Positions 52,491-64,000 of a stretch of DNA of 64,000 nucleotides are shown here, one piece after another. The notes under the pieces are model-generated. The model did not search any database. It saw only the letters and a list, made by a program, of their open reading frames with translations, and was not told the DNA's origin. Both the position numbers and the translations under genes were made by a program. Source of the stretch: Dipteris shenzhenensis. Lineage: Eukaryota. The stretch lies in assembly GCA_047967505.1 (NCBI GenBank), contig CM106538.1; one strand, 5' to 3'. The first letter of the stretch is position 1, and each line of letters begins with the position of its first letter.

Positions 52491-54062
52491 CAGCAAGCTA
52501 GTGCCAACACCTCAACAAGGGTTTTTAAGGCTTTGAAGGTGTACAAGGCTCCTTTATAAGTCCCCATTTTATGCTTGCTAAGAGTAGTATCATGGTTGCC
52601 TATGTTACCATTGACAAGCCTCCTCAATGTGCTACCTTCAGCTGGTGATGCTTGACAGTAATAGCCAAAAGTTTGAGGTTGAGGTGTTTAAACCTCTTGT
52701 TCCACTAAGGGCTTAAATAAACATCCAAATTTTATATTGGGTGGAAATTGTTGAAGAAAGCATGGCCAATTTTGGCATCTTTGGAAATGATAATGTTGGG
52801 ATTTCCAAGTTCCATAACAACATTACATGGAAAGCTGCCCACGCTCAAAGGACCGGACAAAATAGTGCCAACGAATGCATCCTACAAGCTCTACGAGCTC
52901 TAAGCTCCCACAGCCAACCTCCACGCATGCAGTGGTGCCATAGGAACCCAGGATGAGCAGTAGCAATATGGCCAACACCTCCATGACATACTCTGCTTGG
53001 CGATGGAATCTTCATAGATTCCATCACATCTTATCTCGCCCCCACTTCATCACCTTGTCACCAGACATGTGGCATAATTCAAGCCATCCTTGGCAGATAG
53101 GGTTGCACCATGGTTGAGTTAGGTCACCTCAGGTTTGGTTAGCCGCAGTGGTCAATGAGATACCACCTGGCAGCTAACCTTATCTTGCCACATCAGCACG
53201 GCACATAGGCAAGCCACATCAACCATCCATCCATGTAAGCAATGTCACATCATTTGCCACATCAGCCCATAGTGCCATGTCATCCTTGACTCCACGTTAG
53301 CTGCCAGCTCATCTACCACATCATCCCTGATTGCCCAGTTAACCTACCACATCATCCTACCACCTCAGTATGTGCCTTCTAAGCACATAGTGCCACATAG
53401 GCACACTTTGGAATTGGCATATGAACTCAATCCGCCACATCACACTTCATGCCACCTCATCATTTTGATCACCCTCTTGGAATTAAGATTTGACCATTCT
53501 TTTTGGAGCCATAGCTTTTGATCCAGGTGGAATTTGGAGGCGATCCAAAAAGCAAAAATGATTGCCAGATCGTGCTCTACGCTATGAGCACCTCAAATCT
53601 ATAGTTTTACTATTCACATGTCAGCATCATCCCATCCTCATCATTGGAACCACCTCCTGATCAATTACAGCCATCCAGCAGAGTTGGGCAGGTAAGGTAG
53701 ACAGACCCTCCAAAGAAAACTTTAAACTTATAACGAAAAAAGCAGCAAATTGGCAATGGGTGTCAATGACAGTGAGATCCTTACACCTTATTCTTCCCTT
53801 GATGTTGTGAGTCTCTTGGAACCTAATGAGATGATATGTGATGAAAGAGAGCCTAAGGTGTCTAAAATATTCTTGGAGGAAGCTATGATGGGCATTGAAG
53901 AACAATGCAACCAACTATGGGTTGAACTTGTTAATAAAGAAATCAAGGTTCCAAATGAAATGTTGAGCATTAAGGATGATGTTGAGGCTGAGACGTTGAT
54001 CGATGTCATGCTTGTTGAGGAGGTCTTGAATGTATCTCTTGATGATTCCACTAGGTGTAATT

Positions 54063-56400
54063 TGTTAATGGAAATGAGAGAGGGAGAGAGAGGAGTGCAC
54101 ACAAGATACTAACTGTATAGTAATTGTATTCCAAGGAAAATAGGAATATATACATGGACCTCTTAGGGTTAGGGTTAGGGTTTGTCCCATAACCCTTATG
54201 GTGCAATTTACACACACCATTCTCAACACCCCCTCTTAAATTGCAGTCCATAAGAAGAGGGTGATTTACAAAACACAATTTTTGGATTTTCTAAATGTTG
54301 CATAACGACAACAAAAATAAAGATTAGAAAAGATGCAGAAAAGTGCAAAAAGAGCACAGCGGCGAAAAAAGTATGTACAAAGGTGTACAACTTAGCGTTC
54401 ACTTCCCCCTCTTAAGTTGCAATTGGCAAAGGCCAAGCTGATGTCAAAAGTGTGCAAACTTATTAAGGGAAAGTGGCTTGGTGAAGATATCTATGTTCTT
54501 ATGTGGGACAATGTATCAATTGGATTTCTTCACTAAGATCTTTCTCACGAACGAAGTAGCACGTCAATGTGTTTTGTTCTAGCATGAAACACAGGGTTCT
54601 TTGCTAGTTGAATGCTGCTCATATTATCTGAATAGAGCACAGTAGGGTCTCCAAAAAGTATCTCAATCTCTAAAAGAAGCCTTATGAATCAAATTGCTTC
54701 ACATGTTGCATTGGTGGATCCTCTATACTCTGCTTTGGTGGAAGACAGTGCCACTGTTGGTTGCTTCTTGCTTTACCATGACAAAGCTGTGGAGCCAAGA
54801 CTAAAGTAGTATCCACTGGTGGATCTTCTATCATTTACACTTCATCCTCAATCAGCATCTGTGTAACCATGGAAGTATAAGTCGGATGACTTGGCATAAT
54901 GTAGTCCATGATCCCATGTACCATGAAGGTATCTGAGTACTCTCTTCACTGCAAGGAGATAAGTCTTCTTGGGATTCTGCATGAACTGGCTAAGCACACC
55001 AACTACATAGGATATGTCTGGCCTGGTGATAGTCAAATAGATCAAGCTACCAATGAGTTGTCTATACTGTAGAGGATTTGAAGCTAGAGAAGTGTCAAGT
55101 GGTGACAACTTAATATTACATTCTATAGAGTAGGGAGTGGCTTGCAGTCATGTAGATGAAACTGCTAAAGTACCTTTTGAGTGTACTTTCCTTGAGAAAG
55201 TGTGATCGCTGTGTCATCTCTCCATATTTCTATACTAAGAAAATCATGGAGTTCTCTCATATCCTTCATGTCAAACTCTGAGGTAAGATGACTCTTTATT
55301 TGCGAGATGAGATGTCCATTGGAGCCAGTGATGATCAAGTCATCAACATAGAGTACTACAAGAAGGATGTCTTCTGTAGTCTTTTTTATGTAAAGAGATG
55401 GATCTGAATTTGATGGCTGAAAACCAGATGTTAGAAAGTGACAAAGAATCCTTGCATTCCATGCATGAGGAGCCTATTTCAAACCATAAAGTGATTTCTA
55501 CAACCTGCAAACCTTCTTTTCCATTCCAGTAATAGCATATCTTGGAGGGTGTATCATGTAGATTTCTTCATCGAGAAAACCATTGAGAAGGAATTCTTCA
55601 CATCCATTTGGTGGATGGGCCAATCAAAGTGAGCTACAAGAGTTATGGCTGTCCTAACGGTAGTCATCTTTGCAATTGGTGCAAAGGTCTCCTCATAATC
55701 TGTGCCATACTCTTGGGCATATCCCTTGGCTACCAACCTGGCCTTGTATCTGTCAACCTCACCAGCTGAGTTGAGTTTGACTTTGTAAACCCATTTGCAT
55801 CCTATGGGCTTCTTCTCTGCAGGAAGATCTGTGAAGGTCCAAGTCTCATTCTTGAGAAGAGCATTGTACTCTTCATCCATTGCATGTTTCCACTCAGGGA
55901 CTTGCACTACATCTTTGAAGGAGGTTGGCTCAGCAAACTCCATCACTTTGGTGATGAATGCATAGTTGCTCTTGTAGGTCCACCTCTCAGGTGTCTTTCA
56001 ATCATGAGTAGGTCTTCCAAGATTGGAAGTGGAACTTTCAGGAATCTCGGTGATGATTGTGGTAGTTGATGTATCCATTATGTCAAGAGCCTTTTCTTTG
56101 CCTTTACTCTGAGTGGTCATTATGGACTACATACTATCTGACTCTGTAGGCAAAGAAATCTGATGTATCACGGGCACTGCTAGCTGAGGTGGAGTAGAAA
56201 CTGTAGTCGGACTATCAAAGTATGATGAAGCCTCATCAATGATAACATCCCTAGATATAATCAACTTCTGCTTGACTAGATCATAAAGTCGGTATCCCTT
56301 CAACTCTGCAACATATCCAAGAAAAACACACTTGATTGATTTGACATCAAGTTTAGTCCTAAGTGCGCAGGAACGTGAGCATAAGAAAGAGAGCCAAAGA
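54063..56400 (-). mobile_element. 5'-truncated Copia element (integrase tail, RT, RNase H) with 3' LTR 54063-54228
   Basis: KPIGCKWVYKVK...YKARLVAKGY, QMDVKN, LYVDDL, TRPDISY, YTDAD. PPT reverse complement CCCCCTC at 54229. Confidence 0.88.
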
Positions 56401-56947
56401 GGGCTTAGTTCTTGTGAATGCCTCTTTTAAAATGGATTGCTTGGTGCTCCTACCCAAATGTTTTTGCTAGCTTGGCATCAAGAAATTGGATGGCCATGAC
56501 CATGACTATGACCGCCATCAGCATCGCTTAGGCGAGAAAGGAGAGTATTAAGTCTATACATGAATGTTCTATTTCTCTAATCACCTAATTCAAACTTTGT
56601 CAAGGGTGATGCTAGATTGTGTTGAGTATATGTGAGTTGTGAAGGAGAATGTTACATTCAATCACATAGTATGCTTGGATGTTGAGATTTTCTCAAATTT
56701 TGATTCAAATGGTTTGAAGTATGTGTTTGGAGCTATTGTTTGAATAGTGAAGGGGGGGATTAGATAATGTTTTCTTCCCCAACCATCACAAGTGGTTGAG
56801 TGTATCATAGGCTAGCAACTATGTGAAAAATAATCCCTTTTCATTGGCCCTAACTCGGTCTTCCACAAGAATCTCAAGTCCATTTGGGCCAACTTTCTTG
56901 ATTTGAATGAAACCAACATAATAATATTTGAGGACATGCCATACAAG

Positions 56948-59900
56948 TGTAAGAAAATAATACAATGTCTATGCTCAACAGATAATAGGAACTCGTACGC
57001 AAGAGAGAAAACAAGATAGTATGGAGAATCAAAAATTTGATTACTGTAGAACTGATACAATAGATGGTGCTGCCTCCCAACCGTGCGCTCTTGTGAAAGA
57101 AGCTTCGATGGCATGCTAGAAACAGTAGAAGACGGAGGCTAGATGCTAAGGAATCAGGGTTGCTATAGCCAGTGATAAAATGGGCTTCATGTGCTTGCTC
57201 TTATATAGCTACCTATCGTAGTTGGTTAGGCTCAATTGGGTGACCGAACCAGTCCACCCAAAATGGTCGACTGGGGGTCGGTCCCGAAATAGGCCACCGA
57301 CCATATGATAGAACTGGTGTGTGAAACAGAGCAACTATCCTACGGTTTCCGTTCGGCCTAGAGCCATTCGGGATCATCTGAGGTTCCAAACAGGCCTCGC
57401 AACCCGAGAGTGGGTGCCCCAGGAAATGTTCCGTCTACCCTCAGTGCAGTCAGTCAAGGGATGCCTTCTTGCACTTGCATGTAGCCTAGTTGGTGGTGTG
57501 CCAATTCTATCTAAAGTCGTCCAGCTATCACGCCACACATGGCCCCCATCTGGTGTCCAAACTAGGACCTACCGGATAACCGAGCTACTCAAATGCCTTC
57601 TCCTCATATGGGGGGCTTACAAGTAGAGTTAGCTGGTTCCCGCATAGTTACACGAGAGTGGAGCATTGATATCTAACACCCCTCCTCAATGTCCACCTGC
57701 AAGTGAACTTACTTTTTCGGCCCAATGCCAAGTCGATGAAGATGCCTCTCTAGCAAGTCTCTTCCAAGAGCCTTCGTGAAGATGTCCGCAACATTCTCTG
57801 TAGTTGGATAGTACACCAAGTCGACCTCTCCATCCATGATGAGCTCGCATACAAAGTGATATTGAATCTCAATGTGTTTTGTGTGAGCGTGGAACACCGG
57901 GTTCTTTGCAATCACCATGCAACTCTGATTGTCACATGATAACTGCGTAGGCTTGTTTTGCACTGCACCCATGTCCCCCAAAATCCTTCTCAACCACATT
58001 GCCTTGCAAGAAGCAAAGCATGCAAATTTGTACTCGGCCTCGGTAGAAGAAAGAGCAACTGTGGGTTGCTCCTTACTGACCCATGACACAACTCCAGATC
58101 CAAGTGAGAAACAGTACCCTGTCACTGATCTCCTGCTGTCCATGTCTCCTGCCCAATCCGAGTCACAAAATCCGATCAAGATGTTGCCCTTGGTATAGGT
58201 GATGCCATAATCAAGTGTGCCTTTGATGTATTTCAGCACCCGCATCCCTGCCCTCCAATGGTTCTCCCGGGGCTTATTGGAAAAACTGCTTAGTACATCA
58301 GTCACAAAACTGATGTCCGGCCGTGTGTTGCACAGGTAAATCAAGCTGCCCACAAGCCTTCTGTACTTCGCTTCGTCCACCAGTGGTGATGAATCCTCGT
58401 TTGAGAGCTTTGCATCAACCTCCATAGGGGTACCAACTGTCTTGCACTCAGCCATGCCAAATGCCTTCAGTATCTCTCCAGCATACTTCAGCTGTGAAAA
58501 ATGAAGATCTGTTTTGGCTCCTGCCAAACTTCAATCCCGAAACAGAAATGCATCAGTCCGAGGTCTGTCATTTCAAACTCTCTTCCTAGCAAATGCTTTG
58601 TCTGCGAGATCTTCTCTTCATGGTTCCTTGTTATGACAAGGTCGTCCACATAAAGGACCACGATCATACACCTACCTCCTTCTCTAAAGATATACAAATT
58701 TGCATCAGATGGGCTCCCCCTGAACCCGTTTTGCAGAAAGTAGGCATCAATTTGCTGGAACCATGCTCGTGGTGCCTGTTTCAGCCCGTAGAGTGCCTTC
58801 TTCAGTTTGTAGACTTTACCTTCTAAACCGGGGATGTCAAAACCTGGTGGTTGTTCCACGTATACCTCCTCCTTGAGATCTCCATTCAGAAAGGCGGATT
58901 TCACATCCATATGAAACACGGGCCAACTTCCCTGGGCAGCTAAAGCCAAAACACTGCGAATTGTGGTTAGTCGAGCTATGGGAGCAAAAGTATCTTGATA
59001 ATCAAAACCATGTACCTGTGCAAATCCTTTTGCCATGAGCCGAGCCTTGTACTTATGCAATGTGCCGTCGGACTTGTACTTGGTCTTGTACACCCTCTTG
59101 GTTCCAATTACCTTGTGTTTTGGTGGTCGATCCACAAGGTCCCAAGTGTTGTTCTTCATTATGGAGCCATACTCCGATTGCATAGCCTCCATCCACCTAT
59201 CATCGCCCTGTGCCTCTTCAAGACACTTGGGTTCATCAGCACGGATCACTACTGTCATCAAAGCATAGTTGACCAAGTGTTCCTGTGCCCTTCTTTGCTC
59301 TTCTAATCTCTTGAACCGACGGTGTTCGGATGGTTCCTCCTCAATGGCTGGAGGTTCTCTACCGTCCAAAAGCTGCTTTACCCACTTTGGGAATGGCCGT
59401 TGCTGTTGTGGTTCTGTAGGCTCTTCTTCATCTTCTTTGTCTTGAATCCTCCCCAAGCACCGTTGGGGGAGTTCGGTCTGCTACTGGTGGTGGTACTGGA
59501 TCGATATCCTGGTCCTGGTTGTCTGGGAAGGAAGCATCCTCCTCCAATTGATGCAGTTGTTCTGAGAAGACCACATTGCAACTTACTATTATCTTGTTGG
59601 TAACAGGGTTATAGAGATGGTAACCCTTCGCCTCTTCACTGTAGCCCAAGAAAATATGCTTCTGGCTCTTTGGTCCCCATTTGGTCCTGGTAGCATCAGG
59701 GACATGCACAAAACAGTCACATCCAAAAACTCTGAAATGTGCAGCTGAAGGTTTCTTACTAGAAAAGGCTTGCAATGGAGTCATCCCATTCACAGCCTTC
59801 CTGTAGCTATGATTTAGGATGTAAACTGCAGTGTTACTTGCTTCAGCCCAAAAAGTCTTTGGCAAATCTTTCCCTTTCATCATACTCCGGCCCATTTCGC

Positions 59901-62506
59901 AGATGACGTGCATCTTGCGTTTTGCTACTCCATTTTGCTATGATGTATGTGGTGGGGGTTTCTGCCTCTTGATTCTGTGACTTTTGCAGTAACTTTCGAA
60001 TTCAGTTGATGTGAACTCTCCACCTCTGTCTGATCTCAACTTCTTTACCTTCCTCCCTGTTTCTTTCTCGACCATTACATGCCATTCCTTGAACCTACTA
60101 AAAGCCTCATCTTTAGTCTTCAGAAAGTATATCCATATCCTTCTACTGTAGTCATTGATCAGCGTCATGAAGTAGTAGGAACCACCCAAAGCTTTTGTCT
60201 CAATCTTTCCGCAGAGGTCCGTGTGAACGAGCTCTAGAGGAGCCTTTGCCCTGCTGGCCTCTTTAGGAAAGGGATGCCGGTGCTGCTTGCCCATCATGCA
60301 AGATTCACATACATCACGCAGATCTGAAATTTCTAGTAGGTCTGCAATCATTCCACTTTTATGCATCTCCTTCAAAGAACTAAGGTTTAGATGACCAAAC
60401 CTCTCATGCCACAGCTTAGTGTTCTTCACATCCGCTCGAGCACTGAAAGCTGAGAGTTCGTAAATGTTGTTATACCGTGTACCTTTGCCAATGAACTTCG
60501 CTTGAAGATCCAGAATATGTGCACCATTCTTATCGAATTGAACTTTGAGGTCCCGATCCATGATCGCGAAAATGGACAAGAAGTTACTGTTGATATCTGG
60601 CACATAAAGAACATCGGACAACTGTTTTACAACTCCATCTGACTTGAGAGCAATCGTACCTTTTCTTTTTGCTGGACATTTTGCATCATTGCTGACTGCT
60701 ACTAGGATGTCATTCCCTACCGGCTGTAGAGAGGTATACCAATCCTTCCGACTGGTCGTGTGGCGCGATGCACCACTGTCAATGATCCACTGTTCATCCG
60801 CAGGTACATGAACTGCCTCCGTGCAAATCTCCTCAATTGCGATGAACAGCTCTACTGGTACTGCCTGCGCGCTGTTGCTAGACTCTTTCTTTATTCCGTT
60901 CTTCTCATCTATAATCTTCTTTCGGCACTCATTCTGCTTGTGCCGTGCCTTGTTGCAATAGAAGCACTTGATCTTCTTCTTTCTCTTTTTATCATATGAA
61001 GAAGATGGGTTACCAGAGTCCTTATCCTTACCTTTCTTTGATCTAGTCTAGAAAGCCGAATCTTCTCCAGTCCTCGTCTTTTAACGCATCTCCTCCTCTA
61101 GAAGCATCGCGCTGAAATCCTCAAAGTTGAGGGGTAGAGTTCTATTTTGCATATTCAGCGCTGTAACAAGACTGTTGTACTTTGGTGGGAGAATCCATAT
61201 GCACCTTCGTGCTAGATTCTCGTTGGTGATGGTGATGGCAATCGCAGTCATCTGATCACGCAGATTCTTCACCCTGGTGATGAACTTCTCTGTCGCTTCA
61301 GACTCAGACAACTTCTTGTTCGCGAGTTGAGTCTACAAATTCTGAATCCGCGTATAATTCATGGTCTCGTACTGATTTTTCAAGACCATCCATGCCTCCT
61401 CCGCTGTGGTGACATGTTGAATTAATGCCATGAGAGAATCACTAACACTGCAGACAATAGAACACAGCGCATCTGCATTTCTTCTTGTCCATGTGAGAAT
61501 CTCATTCGCAATTGGTACTATCTATTGTCCTACATTGGCTAGATCTGGTCTCACAACTGGCCTCACGTCCACCCCAGTAGCAGTGTCCCAAAGCTCGTAT
61601 GCGCTTAGGATGGTCTTCATCTTGAACTTCTAGAGTGGATAGTTAGAGCCGTCCAACTTTTCGCTTTCACCGAACGGTGGGATTCGCAGTCTTGTGGGCT
61701 GGGCCATCTCTCACAATCTGCTCGGAAACAGAAAACACACTACCAAATATTCTTGCTAGAGTCCAGGCTCTGATACCATGTAAGAAAATAATACGTCTAT
61801 GCTCAACAGATAACAGGATCTTGTATGCAAGAGAGAAAACAAGATAGTATGGAGAATCAAAAATTTGATTACTATAGAACTGATACAATAGATGGCGCTG
61901 CCTCCCACAACTATGCGCTCTTGTGAAAGAAGCTTCGATGGCATGCTGGAAATAGTAGAAGAAGGAGGCTGAATGCTAAGGAATCAGGGTTGCTGTAACA
62001 AGTGATGAAATGGGCTTCACGGGCTTGCTCTTATATAGCCACCAGTCGTAGTCAGTTAGGCTCAATTGGGTGACCAACCTAGTTCACCCAAAACGATCGA
62101 CTGGGGGTCGGAATAGGCCACCGAACATACGATAGAAGTGGTGCGCAAAATAGAGCAACTAACCTTCGATCTTCGTTCGGCCTGGAGCCATCTGGGATCA
62201 TCTGAGGCTCCAAACGAGCCTCGTAACTCGAGAGTGGGCTGCTACCCCGAGAAATGCTCCGTCTACCCTCAGTGCGATCAGTCAAGGGATGCCTTCCTGC
62301 ACTTGCATGTAGCCTAATTGGTGGTGTGCCAACTCTATCTGAAGCTGTCCAGCCATCAGGCCACACATGGCCCCCATCTGGTGTCCAAACTAGGACCTAC
62401 TGGATAACCGAGCTACTCAAATGCCTTCTCCTCATATGGGGGGCTTACAAGTAGAGTTAGCTGGTTCCCACATAGTTACACAAGAGTGGAGCATTGATAT
62501 CTAATA
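56948..62506 (-). mobile_element. Full-length degenerate Ty1/Copia element
   Basis: LTRs of about 730 bp at 56948-57678 and 61779-62506. Exact TSD ACAAG (56943-56947 and 62507-62511). PBS reverse complement 61767-61778; PPT reverse complement after 57678. gag-pol fragments 57709-61707. Confidence 0.94.
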
Positions 62507-63559
62507 ACAAGCTCATGTGGAACAAGCCAGGATCATACCTCATCTTTTTGACGTTGAGAAGCTAGAAATCACAACTACTATAAAAATTTATAGCAAAAGA
62601 CATCAATTGGTCATGGAGGTGGTTGTATGTTGCAAATTTCCACAGATTCATGTGTGGCACTATCATCAGCACATGATTAGATGCAAAGACAATGTATATT
62701 ATGAGGAGGGGGTGAGGAGGTATTAGGAAAAAGGTGAAAGGAGACATTACTTAGGATTAGACATAGACATCTTTGTACTTTTCCCCTTCTCTTGTATTTA
62801 TGTGAAGCCATATACAAGTTTGCACCCATATAATTTGTAAAAGAGAATGAAAATGCATATATTTTTTGTGCTCACTCAATCGTCTTTCCAAGAGGTTGGT
62901 TATGAGTTCTAAGGGATAAAAGTTGGTAGGTTTAATGGTTAAAAGAAAATCCATAATGAATTAAACTAAAATTGAGATGAGTGATGATTGACATGTCCTC
63001 AAGACACTTCATAATGAGTTAGACTAAAATTGATTGACATGTCCTCAAGAAATCCAAGGCAACTATTAAAGACACACCGAAGGGGAGTCTGAGTGAGAGA
63101 CTAGCTCCTATGTGCTTATAAAGTGGTGGATATATAAAGAAAGAGTAGCCACACTAATCAAAGAACTCAAAAGTGAAGGAATGTTAGAGTATGAGGTAAT
63201 AGAGCATTGTAAGAAAAAAAAGAGCATTGAGTAGAATTTGATATGGGGACTTTTGAGATGGACACCATAGTTCTACCAATACCCCATTCTAGCCATATCT
63301 TTTTCCAATTTTTATAGAATAGTCAATGCTAACAAGCTCATAAGCTTGGCAAAGTCAAAGATATGCACACAATGTTTTTCTAATAGAAGGATGCAAGTTT
63401 TCTTTTTCTTTTTGGCTGAATAAATTAGCCAAACCATTGCCAAATTTAGTTTGATTGTGATGCATGCACACACAAGAAAATGATGAGGGATGGGATGATG
63501 TGAGAGAGGGATGAAATGAAAAAAAGACTCATGAGCTTATTTGGTGCTTGTTTTAGTCG

Positions 63560-64000
63560 TTTTGACCCCTCCGGGTGTCCAAATTCAGTGACACAATAGT
63601 TTTTCTTGCTCTAGACACAATAATGGTGTCAAAACCCCAAAAATTCTGCACCTCAATAGTACCAAGCCATTTGGATTTTTGGGACATAGCATTTATGACA
63701 CACTGACAAACAAGAGTGGGAAATTCAAAATGCTAGTGTGTCATCCCTAATGCTCGAGCACTTGACTCATGAACCTTTGAAATGTAGTTGGTGCATTGTC
63801 AACCCAAAAGGCATCACTTTGTAAGCAAAAACTCCCCAAGGTGTGACAAATGATGTTTTCTTTTTATCTTCCTCCTGAGTATGAATTGGAAAGTACCCAG
63901 AATACCCATCACATACAGAATACATCTCATGCCCTACCACTTGGTCTAGTATTTCATCTTGGAATGGCAAAGGAAAATGATCCCTCTTAGTGTATGCATT
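63560..64000 (-). pseudogene. Gypsy (Athila/Tat-like) RT fragment running off the window end
   Basis: FPLPFQDEILDQVVGHEMYSVCDGYSGY...TSFVTPWG..AYKVMPFGL. Confidence 0.85.

Noticed and set aside
52500-54050. Protein-coding gene in short ORFs with GCCACATCA repeats
   Set aside because: Looks like decayed retroelement internal sequence; no recognisable domain.
54162-54180. Interstitial telomere
   Set aside because: Only three TTAGGG units, and they are an integral part of an LTR.

Overview
Eukaryotic, plant-type (probably fern-like; this is inference) genomic DNA made mostly of nested and decayed retrotransposons. These include a chromodomain Ty3/Gypsy element, at least five Ty1/Copia elements (two full-length with paired LTRs and a PBS, one with an exact TSD and one with a 4/5 TSD), two LINE remnants and a hAT-type non-autonomous insertion with an 8-bp TSD. 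The only clear host-gene sequence is the last three exons of a Fe-superoxide dismutase gene at about 31 kb; I could not find its upstream exons in the window. The most unusual region is about 43.0-45.6 kb, a decayed three-gene cassette. It holds (i) a spliced gene fusing a divergent histone H3 (tail plus fold) to a Ulp1/C48 SUMO-protease-like domain, (ii) a fragment of a 'DGMDQ'-motif DDE-type transposase directly downstream, and (iii) a convergent spliced gene with a BAH-like domain. It looks like a deleted copy of a large DNA transposon carrying its own chromatin toolkit. All assignments come from reading motifs by eye; no searches were run.
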